The notes under the pieces were generated by a model. The model had not been told where the DNA came from. It ran no database searches and saw only the letters and a program-made list of their open reading frames with translations. A program made the translations under genes and the position numbers. DNA of 64,000 nucleotides from Promethearchaeota archaeon (GTDB taxonomy: Archaea > Asgardarchaeota > Lokiarchaeia > Sigyniarchaeales > SOKP01), in assembly GCA_048937405.1 (NCBI GenBank), contig JBHLNF010000007.1, forward strand, positions 121,336-185,335, in the 5' to 3' direction. Of the stretch, positions 51,040-61,108 are shown piece by piece (within the stretch, counting starts at the first letter, position 1; the number at the start of each line of letters is the position of its first letter).

Positions 51040-51672
51040 ATGTCTGATGAGAATAAATTTACCTTAGAAGAAGGTACAATGTTAGTTAGATTTGCAAGGG
51101 AGAATATAGAGTTTTTTTTAAAAAATAATCGAAGGATTCCTGTTCCAGATCATATTAAAGAAAAATTTGCTGATAAATACGGTGCCTTTATAACATTAAA
51201 TGAATACAATATTAGTGGGAATCCACTTAGAGGGTGTATTGGTTATATTGAACCTATTTATTCATTATATGATGTTATTCACAGAGTATCAATAAGTTCT
51301 GCAACTGAAGATCCACGATTTTCTTCTTTATCTTTAGAAGAAATGGATAATATAGTAATTGAATTATCAATTTTAACGCCACCCAAACTTATAGAAGCTG
51401 ATGATCCGAAAGATTACCTAAATAAAATAGTTATTGGAAGAGATGGACTAATTGCAGAGCGAGGAGTGCGTCGTGGATTACTTTTACCCCAAGTACCTAT
51501 TGATCATGGTAGAAATTGGGATGTTGAAACCTTTCTTTCTCATACATGTTCAAAAGCATGGTTAGATAGCAATGCTTGGAGAGATAAGGACACCAAAATA
51601 TATTCTTTTCAAGCTATTCTTTTCGAAGAAGAAAAACCACGGGGAGAAGTGATTCGGAAATATCTCATATAA
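51040..51672 (+). CDS. AMMECR1/AmmeMemoRadiSAM protein A family protein
   Basis: LRGCIG, DPRF, IELSILT, GLLLPQV. Confidence 0.93.
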   Translation: MSDENKFTLEEGTMLVRFARENIEFFLKNNRRIPVPDHIKEKFADKYGAFITLNEYNISGNPLRGCIGYIEPIYSLYDVIHRVSISSATEDPRFSSLSLEEMDNIVIELSILTPPKLIEADDPKDYLNKIVIGRDGLIAERGVRRGLLLPQVPIDHGRNWDVETFLSHTCSKAWLDSNAWRDKDTKIYSFQAILFEEEKPRGEVIRKYLI

Positions 51673-51785
51673 TTATTCGTTCTTATCCAGTTAAAATGAA
51701 TTGGTAAATAATTAGATTATTGGATAAACAAATCTAAAAAAAATATGATTGTTTATTTCTTGTTTTAAGAGTCTACTTGTATTAA

Positions 51786-52550
51786 TTATTTAATTCTATT
51801 ATTTAACACTTCTAATGCGATTCTAGTTGATTCTTTTGCTTGTTGCGTTGTTACTATACCAATTGTAACAGCACAAATATTGTGATTAGAAATGTATTGA
51901 AATGCATGTTTTGGGTCAATCCTTCCTGCTGCTAGAGTTTTCATTCCTATAAAATAGAAGTTTTTTGTCTTGTCAACAATTTCCTCCAATTTTTTCATAT
52001 TCCCCATTAACATTCCATTAGCATTAAATGGTATTAGAAATGCCTTCACATTTATAGATTCTTCAATACAGTATTGTATCGTTGTAATTGGATCGTGTGT
52101 AGCAACCCCTGGAATTATTCCATTACTAGAGATCTGATCTAAAAGATTCAATAATTCCCTTCCTCTTGTATCAGAAATCATCCCATGAACAAATATTATT
52201 TTAGCTCCAACTTCTATTAAAACATCAATACCAGAATTCTTCCCAGGATATGTAGATCCTGTTATAACATAATCATTATATGTTTCACTCATAATTTGAG
52301 CAGTTTCAATGATTCTCCCAGCAGGTATTACCTCGATTCCTCTTGCCCCTTCACCATAGCTGACTTCTAAAATCTCTAGCATTGCTTTTGGATTATTTAA
52401 AAATTTTCTTTGCCATTCAAATGCTTTTTCTCCAAATTGACCAGCGCCTATAAATGGAGAAGTACCTGTGAAAACCAGAGGTATATCAATTTCATCTATT
52501 CTGCAGAAAATATTAAACCATTCCTTAAATATTACGTAAAATTTATTCAA
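51786..52550 (-). CDS. Conserved archaeal TIM-barrel (aldo/keto reductase-like) protein
   Basis: GTSPFIGAGQFG, PGVATH, GMKTLAAGRI. Confidence 0.65.
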   Translation of the reverse strand: MNKFYVIFKEWFNIFCRIDEIDIPLVFTGTSPFIGAGQFGEKAFEWQRKFLNNPKAMLEILEVSYGEGARGIEVIPAGRIIETAQIMSETYNDYVITGSTYPGKNSGIDVLIEVGAKIIFVHGMISDTRGRELLNLLDQISSNGIIPGVATHDPITTIQYCIEESINVKAFLIPFNANGMLMGNMKKLEEIVDKTKNFYFIGMKTLAAGRIDPKHAFQYISNHNICAVTIGIVTTQQAKESTRIALEVLNNRIK

Positions 52551-52699
52551 ATTTGTTATATATTATAAATATAGGAATTATTGAATTTTAAGTCAGTTCA
52601 CATAAAATATAATCTTTAAAAATTATATTAAATCATAAAGATTATAAATCTGAAAAAAAATTTGAAATTCACTTTTGATTTCTATTTAGTGAAGAGGAG

Positions 52700-54784
52700 A
52701 TTGGAATACCACTTATCAATGGAGTTATCTGCAATACCTTAGCATTTTATAATAAAAATTTAGAAATAATTAAAAGATTAAATTCTCTTCTTTTTCGTCA
52801 TATCATTACGAATGAAGTAAATTCTCTTCTTATATTTGGGGATCAAAATGAAAGTAATTTAATTTCGATTACTGAAAAGATAAAGCTTATTAATTTGATA
52901 TTAGAGGTTACTCAGAATAAAATTCCTATTCTTACTGGGATCTTTAGCAACCTTGTAGACGATGCAATAGAACAAGTAGATCTGTTAGGAAAAAAATTTG
53001 AAAATATAAATTTCATGTTATCTCCTCCAGTTTCTGAAAAAAAAGATAATGATATAATAAAATCCTTTTTCGAAAATATTTTCGATTCAGTAAATCATAA
53101 TAATCAAATATATTTAATTAATAATCCATCCCAATTTGCTGGTAATGAAATCAAACCAGAATTACTAAAAGATTTAATGGTCTATGAGAATTTCAAGGGT
53201 TTAAATGATTCATTTTATAATATTAAAATCTGTAAATCATATATTCAATATTTAGATAATAATTTTTCAGTTTTTTGTGGAATGGAAGAAAATTCTCAAA
53301 CTTTCCTCCAACTTATTCCATTACATCTGAGAAAATTTTCTGGAATTGTTACTCATATCAGTAATTTAGTCAATCTATCCTCAAAATTATATAAATCTGC
53401 GTTAGAAGATAACATCTTAGATTTATTGCAAATCCAAGAACGAATTAATGATGTTCGAAAAATGATTTATCAAATTAATTCCAATAATGGCAATGAATTA
53501 ATTGGATTAAAATATGCATTTCTCTATTTGTATCGAGATATTATATCAAAATCTGATAATAATATAAATTTGCTCTCTGAAGACCTGCATAATCAAATTA
53601 CTCCAATAGGAATTGAAAAAATCGAAGCTATTGTAAATTCCTTATTACAGAACAAACAAATTTATCGATTATATTCAATTGGTAGAGGAGAAATGTATCA
53701 ATTTAACGAAGTTATTAAAACCTTCTCTAATATTGATGTTTTAGTCAATCAAGGAAAAGTAAAAACGATCAAGGAACCCTATATTACTGATATTAATACA
53801 ATAAGTAGAGTAATTTTTGAAAAAAATCAATTGGTCTTTAGATTTCGCACAGGACAAAGTCTACAAATTGAAAATTTAATCAAAGAGAAGTTATTATATC
53901 CTTTTTTGGATAAGAGCTTAAATCCCCAGGATCTTAACTTAAGGGAGAATGTAAAAGAAATAATTAATACACAGACTGGTTCATATTTATTTCATAAAGA
54001 ACAACCCCCTATTATTCCTGTATGTAATTTATTTTACTATGACGAAACTAAAGAAATCATTCCTTATCTTTTCTCAGTGACAGAGTATATTAGAGGCAAA
54101 CCTCTAAACCACCTTATCAATCAATATAATAGCGAAGGAAAGAGCTTGAATACTAATAAATTTCTCAATCTCTTTAGTGAATTGGGTAATCATTATGGAA
54201 AATTACATACAATAAACTTTCCCGCATTTTATAATAATCTTTTCAATATTGGACAAGAATCAAAAATTTCATATAATAAATTTTTAGAATATGAATTTGA
54301 ACAAAAAATTCGTAAAGCTAAGAAGAATCAAATTGATTTTTGTGATGAAATTAGGAATTTCTATAGAGATAACAATACTTTAATTGAAGAAGAAACCGAG
54401 TATGTATTATTACATAATAACTTTCAAAGTCAAAGTATTGTTGTAAAGGAAGAGTCAGGACTTATAAATATCAAAGGGATTGTTGATTTTGATTACTGGG
54501 GTATTGGGTGTAGAGCACAAGAATTTAGTAAGTTCGATTATTGGATCTCAAAATCCATGAATAATCCTTTGTTGTCTAAAGCTTTTTATGATGCATATTC
54601 TAAATTTTATAAAGTTAATAATGATTTTAAGAAAAAAATAGAATTATTCAAGTTAATCTGGTTATTAGATAAATATAATTTAGAATATGATTTAATAAAA
54701 AAGTCAGATCAGAAAGAACTTATCAAAACACTAAAATTATCATTAGAAAACAGTATAGATGAAATGAAAGTTATAATTCGATAA
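52700..54784 (+). CDS. DapA-like TIM barrel fused to an APH/choline kinase-like domain (both appear degenerate)
   Basis: Frame open from 52679 with a DapA-like N-terminus upstream of the TTG at 52895; NNPS, FKGLNDS; C-terminal TEYIRG, LLHNNF, IVDFD. Confidence 0.7.
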   Translation: MGIPLINGVICNTLAFYNKNLEIIKRLNSLLFRHIITNEVNSLLIFGDQNESNLISITEKIKLINLILEVTQNKIPILTGIFSNLVDDAIEQVDLLGKKFENINFMLSPPVSEKKDNDIIKSFFENIFDSVNHNNQIYLINNPSQFAGNEIKPELLKDLMVYENFKGLNDSFYNIKICKSYIQYLDNNFSVFCGMEENSQTFLQLIPLHLRKFSGIVTHISNLVNLSSKLYKSALEDNILDLLQIQERINDVRKMIYQINSNNGNELIGLKYAFLYLYRDIISKSDNNINLLSEDLHNQITPIGIEKIEAIVNSLLQNKQIYRLYSIGRGEMYQFNEVIKTFSNIDVLVNQGKVKTIKEPYITDINTISRVIFEKNQLVFRFRTGQSLQIENLIKEKLLYPFLDKSLNPQDLNLRENVKEIINTQTGSYLFHKEQPPIIPVCNLFYYDETKEIIPYLFSVTEYIRGKPLNHLINQYNSEGKSLNTNKFLNLFSELGNHYGKLHTINFPAFYNNLFNIGQESKISYNKFLEYEFEQKIRKAKKNQIDFCDEIRNFYRDNNTLIEEETEYVLLHNNFQSQSIVVKEESGLINIKGIVDFDYWGIGCRAQEFSKFDYWISKSMNNPLLSKAFYDAYSKFYKVNNDFKKKIELFKLIWLLDKYNLEYDLIKKSDQKELIKTLKLSLENSIDEMKVIIR

Positions 54785-54848
54785 TGTAATAAATTCTTTT
54801 AAATAACTAATATATAAATTTTTAAATGTTGAGTTATATCATTTTGGT

Positions 54849-55616
54849 ATGAGTTATTCACCATTCGAATTACGTGTATTTCCCATCTTTATTTATTATA
54901 TTTCTCTATCAATATTTGGAATTATAGTATCTATTAAAATGTATAACAAATGGAGAGAACGAAAGGTACCACCTCCACTTTTTCTAACTCTGGTTTTTTC
55001 TTTCCTTACATCAGCTTTAATTATACTCTCAATAGGATTAGCTGAGGCGGTTATTTCTGGTTTTTATAAAGAAATCTATAGGATATCCCTCCCATTAGCA
55101 TATAGTATGGTTGTTTTTGCAGATATTTTTTTATTCATTTTTGCTAGTTATATGATAAATAAGGGAAAAAGAGCATTTCCGATAATAATAATTTTTGGGA
55201 TAATATTAATTATTATTCTCTTTCTTCCTTGGAATTGGTGGGGTGTTCCTCGAGAGGATTATGAAGGGAAACTTAATATAAGATTGTATTCTACTGGAGC
55301 GCTAGTAATTTTTTCATTTTTAATATATGGATATATTGCTTTAATATCCCAAAAAGTCAAACATAATGTCGATGATAAAATCATGGTTACAGGATTGAGA
55401 TTATTGTTTTATTCAATGATAAGTTTAATACTTTTGTTTTTAATGTTAATTATGGATACATTGATGATTATATTTTTTAACCATCCTGGATATTCTGAAT
55501 TCACTTATATTGCTTGGATTTTTGGATTAATTTTTATTGTACTTTCTTATTTATCTTTAATTATGCCTGATTGGTTAGTTAAAAGAATTAAAAAAAAATA
55601 TGGTTATAGTTATTGA
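54849..55616 (+). CDS. Multi-pass (about 7 TM) membrane protein
   Basis: Seven hydrophobic segments, C-terminal MPDWL. Confidence 0.75.
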   Translation: MSYSPFELRVFPIFIYYISLSIFGIIVSIKMYNKWRERKVPPPLFLTLVFSFLTSALIILSIGLAEAVISGFYKEIYRISLPLAYSMVVFADIFLFIFASYMINKGKRAFPIIIIFGIILIIILFLPWNWWGVPREDYEGKLNIRLYSTGALVIFSFLIYGYIALISQKVKHNVDDKIMVTGLRLLFYSMISLILLFLMLIMDTLMIIFFNHPGYSEFTYIAWIFGLIFIVLSYLSLIMPDWLVKRIKKKYGYSY

Positions 55617-55800
55617 ATTACCACTCCCTAAAGGGTGTGGATTCGTACTCCCTAATACATAATTAGACAATACTGGATGGTTCTCCACCCTATGTTATTA
55701 TAAATAATAATGATATATATACTACAAGAGAGTGCTAGTTTAGAAAAAAATATGCGATTCCTCCAAGCCCTAAAGGAAGTGGCCTTCTCGAATGAAAATG
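55614..55800. mobile_element. Non-autonomous IS200/IS605-family miniature element (MITE/PATE-like)
   Basis: Left hairpin CCACTCCCTAAAGGGTGTGG (55621-55640) after GAATTA; degenerate right end ATTCCTCCAAGCCCTAAAGGAAGTGGCCTTCTCG; no transposase; follows TTAT. Confidence 0.7.
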
Positions 55801-55989
55801 GGTAAAAATACTTTTTTTTTATAATATAGAGAAAAAAATGAAGGAAAATACAAAATTCAGTGGTTTTAAGATAATTAATAGGATATTATGTACTTCCCAT
55901 AAATTTATAGCATATTTTCTTCAGTAAATTTAAAAATTAATTTGAAAATAAACAACGACCTCACTTCAAAAATTACTTTTCTCTTCCAA

Positions 55990-56376
55990 TTAAGGAAGTA
56001 ATGCAATAACTTCTATTTCAATATCAATATCCTTAATGGGGGATAGTGCTTGAATAGTTACTCTTGCAGGTTCTTGACCTTCTAAAAAGTACTTTCGATA
56101 GATTTGATTCATTTGATCAAATTCATTTATATCCCTCATATATACAACAACTTTTAGGATATCATTCATTGTTGCTCCAGAAGATTCTAGTAAGAATTTG
56201 ATATTCTCCAAGGATTGCCTTGTCTGTTCAACAATATTACCACTAAGAATCTTATCTGTCTTTAGATCTACCGAAAGTTGACTTGTAAGAAATAATAAAT
56301 TACCTGCCTTTACAACATGGTTAAATGGAGATTGAGGTTTTCTAATTCCATTGATTTTTACAATTTCTTTTTTCAT
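55990..56376 (-). CDS. ridA: RidA/YjgF family enamine deaminase
   Basis: PFNHVVKAG, EQTRQSLENI, PARVTI, IEIEVIA. Confidence 0.93.
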   Translation of the reverse strand: MKKEIVKINGIRKPQSPFNHVVKAGNLLFLTSQLSVDLKTDKILSGNIVEQTRQSLENIKFLLESSGATMNDILKVVVYMRDINEFDQMNQIYRKYFLEGQEPARVTIQALSPIKDIDIEIEVIALLP

Positions 56377-56515
56377 ATTTGAATCACAATAATTTATTCT
56401 AATTTCTTTATTAATATAGATAGGGACTTCAAATTTCTTTTGAAGATAATATTACTCATTAATAATCATTACTATCCAAAAATTTTTAAGTTTAAATTCA
56501 GATTCAAAATCAGTC

Positions 56516-57439
56516 ATGTCGCATTATAATAGAGAACTAGAATTCGCAATTGATATAGTTGAAAAAGCATCAAGAATAACAGAATGGTTTAGAAGAAAAG
56601 GATTCAAATCTTTTTTCAAATCTGACCAGTCTCCAGTAACTTTGGCCGATCTAGCTTCTCAAATTTATGTTATTTCGCAATTAAAAGAATATTTCCCTGA
56701 AGATGAGATAATAGCAGAAGAGGAAAATATTGAATTTATAAATAATAAAGCTGAGACTCTGATTAATAAATGTTTCAATGAATTAAATTTAAAAAAATTA
56801 ATAAATCTAAAAATTCTTGTAAGACTTCGAGGTAAACCTTCTGAACGTCAATGGACAATAGATCCCATTGATGGTACAATTGGATACCAAAATGGATTGT
56901 CTTATGCTATAGGTCTTGGTTTTATGATAAAATCAATCCCAAAAATATGTGCTATTGCTGTACCAAATTATAACAATTACCCATTAGCTATATTCGCTGC
57001 TGAAAAAGGTCAAGGTGCTCAGGTTTCGTATAATAACAAGAATTATAATCCGATCAGAGTAAATCAAAATGAAAATATTAACGATATTCGATTATGTCAT
57101 TCATTACATTATGATCAACCTTGGGTTCTCAATTTTGCTAAAAAAATTGGTATAAAGCACTACATTCAAATAGACAGTATGGCAAAATTTTGCATGGTAG
57201 CTGATGGTACCGCCGATTTATATATTAAACCTCTAGATCCAAAAAAATCATTTAGTTGGGATTTTATGCCTGGAGATTTACTGGTGAGGGAAGCAGGTGG
57301 TAGTGTAACAGACTTGAATGGTGAACGATTAAAATTTAGCGAAAGAAAATGTTTATGGATGAAACCAGGAATTATTGCTTCGAATGGAATGCTTCAAAAG
57401 AAGATGCTAAAATTAATTAAAAAAAATCTGTCTGATTGA
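56516..57439 (+). CDS. Inositol monophosphatase family / 3'(2'),5'-bisphosphate nucleotidase
   Basis: KSDQSPVTLAD, IAEE, IDPIDGT, WD..PG...REAGG. Confidence 0.9.
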   Translation: MSHYNRELEFAIDIVEKASRITEWFRRKGFKSFFKSDQSPVTLADLASQIYVISQLKEYFPEDEIIAEEENIEFINNKAETLINKCFNELNLKKLINLKILVRLRGKPSERQWTIDPIDGTIGYQNGLSYAIGLGFMIKSIPKICAIAVPNYNNYPLAIFAAEKGQGAQVSYNNKNYNPIRVNQNENINDIRLCHSLHYDQPWVLNFAKKIGIKHYIQIDSMAKFCMVADGTADLYIKPLDPKKSFSWDFMPGDLLVREAGGSVTDLNGERLKFSERKCLWMKPGIIASNGMLQKKMLKLIKKNLSD

Positions 57440-57619
57440 CTGTAATAATTCACGTGAATGAAAAAGGTATTAAATTTATTTGCCTAACTTTTTGATTTTT
57501 TTCTAAATTTGATAATTTTATACCTACTAATCTTACTTTTTTTTTCTCATTCGAAAATTCTTTGAATAACTCCAATATAATCTTTAAAACATATTTTTCA
57601 TTTTGAATATGAAAAGGTA
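57411..57619 (-). repeat. About 200-bp direct repeat (copy 1): displaced dinB 3' end plus downstream DNA; copy 2 at about 61070-61278
   Basis: 57450-57620 encodes LPFHIQNEKYVLKIILELFKEFSNEKKKVRLVGIKLSNLEKNQKVRQINLIPFSFT*, gap-free against the DinB C-terminus (offset 3659). Confidence 0.9.
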
Positions 57620-57663
57620 AATACAGATTCTGAGTTCAATGAAAATTCCTGAGAAATGACTAA
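57614..57663. repeat. About 50-bp repeat (copy 1), second copy at about 58389-58438
   Basis: AAGGTAAATwCAGnnTCTGAGTTCAATGAAAATTCCTnnGAAAwGAC, with an identical 22-bp core at 57629-57650 and 58404-58425. Confidence 0.8.
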
Positions 57664-57810
57664 TTTTTATAGAGAATCCTAATGAGAAGAGGTTATTTAT
57701 TAAAAATTTCTCGATTTCATATTAAAACCAAATAATTTAAATAAAATATACAGTTTTCGCCTAATATATTATTACCATTTAAAATAAAACTAAAGTGGAT
57801 GTAGAAAAAC

Positions 57811-58293
57811 ATGGAGACAGGTAAAATTTTAATCCTTATTGGAGCTCTTTTAACTCTTGTATCGACATTTTTCTTCTCATTTTTTATTAATGGTTCAGAT
57901 TATGGATGGGGAATAGGTTTTGTTTTTAATATCAGTGATATAATGGCAAATCCTGGAAATTATGTTGCTGGAGAAAGTATGACGGTTTATATAGTAGCAA
58001 TTGTTATAATTGTCTTTCTGATCTCTGGAGTCTTACAACTGGTTGGATTAATAAGTCGTGTTGTCGCAATAATAGGATCTATAATTGTGATTGGAATGGG
58101 AGTAGCCATTCTAATCGCAGTTCTTGACCTAGTTCCAGATATGACTCCTTATGCTAGTCTATTTGTAAGGGATGCTATTGTAGATGGAGTTTGGCCATTA
58201 AATATACCTATTGGTGATATATCATTAGGTACTATTACTCTACTAGCTGGTGGGGCTTTAGGGTTAGCTGGAGGAATTATCGGTACAGATTAA
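57811..58293 (+). CDS. Membrane protein, 4 TM
   Basis: Four hydrophobic helices, Gly-rich C-terminal helix. Confidence 0.75.
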   Translation: METGKILILIGALLTLVSTFFFSFFINGSDYGWGIGFVFNISDIMANPGNYVAGESMTVYIVAIVIIVFLISGVLQLVGLISRVVAIIGSIIVIGMGVAILIAVLDLVPDMTPYASLFVRDAIVDGVWPLNIPIGDISLGTITLLAGGALGLAGGIIGTD

Positions 58294-58561
58294 ATTATAT
58301 GTTTAATTTTTTTTAATCTTCTATTCATTTCATATTTTACTAAATAACCTTTAAAGCTTTGACTTCAACTAGCTTGAAATTAGAGCAGAAGGTAAATTCA
58401 GCGTCTGAGTTCAATGAAAATTCCTTTGAAAAGACAAAAAGATTTAAATCAAAATTATCTTAAAGCAAAGCTATTCATAAAGTACTTCCTCTAATATTAA
58501 TAAAAATATATAACTACAATGAAATATTTTAATAAAATCAAATTCAAACAAGTAATTAAGA

Positions 58562-59683
58562 ATGGAATTAGAAAATTTATTCAGTCCTGGAAAAATTGGT
58601 AATGTTGAACTTAAAAACCGAATAATTAGATCAGCAACATGGACAGGAACAGCAACAGAAAATGGATATATTACCGATAAACTTATCAATATTTATAATA
58701 AAGTAGCAGAAGGAGGGATAGGGTTAATAATATCAGGTTATATCAGTATTGAAACAGCTGGTGCAGCGACGCCATACATGGCTTGTTGGTTTGATGATTC
58801 ATATACTCCGGGTCAAAAAAAATTAGTAAAATCTGTTCACGAATATTCAGATGTGAAGATTGCTGCCCAAATTGCTCATACTGGCAGTAACCTTATGAAA
58901 CCTAATTATGAACCTATCGGACCTTCCCCAATATGGAATAAGTTGCTTAAAAAAAACTGCCGAGAATTAACTATTGACGAAATTGAGCGGATAATTAAAA
59001 GGTTTGTGGATGTAGGATGTAAAGCATATGAAAGTGAGTATGATCTGCTCCAGATTCATGGAGCTCATGCTTATCTGCTTAGTGATTTTGTGTCTCCCTT
59101 TGCAAATAAACGAACAGATGAATATGGGGGAACCATCGAGAAGAGAACTAAGATACTAGTTGATATATATAATCAATTGAGAGATCGAGTAGGGAAAGAA
59201 TTTCCGGTATTTATTAAACTTAATTCACAAGATTTATGCGAAGGAGGATTAACTCTAAAAGAAGCCCAAAGAATTGCTAAAATCCTTATTAATACGGGTT
59301 ACGATGCAATAGAACCAAGTGTAGGTCGTGTTGACCTTGAATTCAGTAAAAGAAAAAAAATTTCCTCTGTTAATATTAAAACAGAAGAGCAGAGGAATTA
59401 TTTTCTCCCTAACGTAAAAGCATTAAAACCGGTGATGAATGAACGCCCGATTATTCTCATGGGAGGAGTACGTGATCCTATAACATCTGAAAGCATCATA
59501 AAAGAAAACATTGCTGATTTTATAGCAATGAGTAGACCTTTAATTCGAGAACCTGATCTTCCAAAACGATGGAAAAGTGGGGATTTGAGACCTGCTAAAT
59601 GTATTAGTTGCGATGGTTGTGGGAAAACTGCCTGGAAAGGAGATCTCCATTGTGTTCAAAAAGAAAAATTAGAAAAAGACTAA
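58562..59683 (+). CDS. NADH:flavin oxidoreductase (Old Yellow Enzyme family)
   Basis: LKNRIIRSAT, QIAHTG, QIHGAHAYLL, NKRTDEYGG, CISCDGC. Confidence 0.93.
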   Translation: MELENLFSPGKIGNVELKNRIIRSATWTGTATENGYITDKLINIYNKVAEGGIGLIISGYISIETAGAATPYMACWFDDSYTPGQKKLVKSVHEYSDVKIAAQIAHTGSNLMKPNYEPIGPSPIWNKLLKKNCRELTIDEIERIIKRFVDVGCKAYESEYDLLQIHGAHAYLLSDFVSPFANKRTDEYGGTIEKRTKILVDIYNQLRDRVGKEFPVFIKLNSQDLCEGGLTLKEAQRIAKILINTGYDAIEPSVGRVDLEFSKRKKISSVNIKTEEQRNYFLPNVKALKPVMNERPIILMGGVRDPITSESIIKENIADFIAMSRPLIREPDLPKRWKSGDLRPAKCISCDGCGKTAWKGDLHCVQKEKLEKD

Positions 59684-59863
59684 TCTTCCTTAAATATTCT
59701 TTTTCTGATAATAAATTTTAAAGTTTAAACTTTTTATTCATCCTTTAATTTTTTATACATTTCATTAATTAGTTCTTTAAATTATATATAACTTCGTAAG
59801 AGTAATATAATAAATATCAAAAAAATTAAAATTTAAAATAAAAAAAAATATAGGCGAAAATTA

Positions 59864-60961
59864 ATGGAAAAGGTAAAAATGGATTCATTGGGGCCTTTAC
59901 CTGTAGCTCCAGTAGTGTTAGTTGGAGCTAATGTAAATGGGAAACCAAATTATATGACAATAGGATTGGTAGGTGAAGTAGAGCATAGACCCAAGATAAT
60001 CATGATAAGCGTGGCACCAGGTCGTCATACAATAAAAGGTATTCTTGAGAATGGAACTTTCAGCATAAATATTCCTTCTTCTGATCAGGTTATCGAAACT
60101 GATTATTGTGGTTTGGTTTCAGGAAGAACTATTGATAAATCGGAGATATTTACAACATTCTATGGGGAATTGGAAACAGCACCAATGATAAAGGAATGTC
60201 CTATTACGTGTGAATGTAAATATTTAGAAAAAGTAGAATTATCAATGAGTAGACATATTATATATTTAGGTAAAGTTCACCAAATGTATGCCAAAGAAGA
60301 TCTTATCGTGAATAAAAAAATTGATATGACAAAAGTTAATCCAATATTTCAATCAGCTCTTGAATATAAGACCGTAGGTGAAAGTTTAGGACGAGAGTTT
60401 AAAGTAGGTTGGACTTATAAAGGCGCTAATATACATAGAGGTCCGAAATTATTTGTAAGAGGACCAAAATTATTCATAAGAGGACCACAATACATAAAGA
60501 AAGAAGAATTCCAAGTTATAGGTATCGAAGATATTGGAAAAGCAGAAAACCGCGATTATCCACAAATAGCGGCAAAATATGAAGAAATTATTACAAGAGT
60601 TCCTTTTACGGAATTTGAATCTGCATTTATTATACATATGAATACAAAGGAGCTGTCTGAAAAGGGAGAAGACCGTTGTATTTTTGGTAGTAAAATATAT
60701 AATGTTAGAGATATACCAGAAGGAGCCGTCCTTGTGACAATTCCCGCTCAGAAATATGCTGTTTTTACCCATGTTGGACATGAAGCTAATCTTTTGGAAA
60801 GTATTCAATATATATATGAAGAGTGGTTTCCTAATAATAAGAAGTATGAACCAGTTCCCTTAGCTCCTGAATTTTGGTATTATGATGGAAGATACGAATA
60901 TAATTCTGATGATTCAGAATTAGACTTTTACATCCCTATTCAAGAAAAATCAACAACTTAA
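59864..60961 (+). CDS. Flavin reductase (flavoredoxin-like) fused to a GyrI-like effector-binding domain
   Basis: GKPNYM, FSINIP, DYCGLVSG, APMIKECP; C-terminal IPAQKYAVFTHVG..YIYEEWFP..FYIPI. Confidence 0.85.
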   Translation: MEKVKMDSLGPLPVAPVVLVGANVNGKPNYMTIGLVGEVEHRPKIIMISVAPGRHTIKGILENGTFSINIPSSDQVIETDYCGLVSGRTIDKSEIFTTFYGELETAPMIKECPITCECKYLEKVELSMSRHIIYLGKVHQMYAKEDLIVNKKIDMTKVNPIFQSALEYKTVGESLGREFKVGWTYKGANIHRGPKLFVRGPKLFIRGPQYIKKEEFQVIGIEDIGKAENRDYPQIAAKYEEIITRVPFTEFESAFIIHMNTKELSEKGEDRCIFGSKIYNVRDIPEGAVLVTIPAQKYAVFTHVGHEANLLESIQYIYEEWFPNNKKYEPVPLAPEFWYYDGRYEYNSDDSELDFYIPIQEKSTT

Positions 60962-61108
60962 ATAATTACAATTACATACTGTTCTATCTTTAACGATTAT
61001 CTCCCTCCCCCGTAGTGCTCCCTCATGGAAAAGTGGGAGAAAAAGATACATCCTAAATTTGAATTCAAAATTAATTAATTAAAAATCTCTCTGATTGACC
61101 GTAATGAT

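Noticed and set aside
57614-58438. CRISPR array
   Set aside because: Only two repeat copies 775 bp apart with a gene in between, and no cas genes
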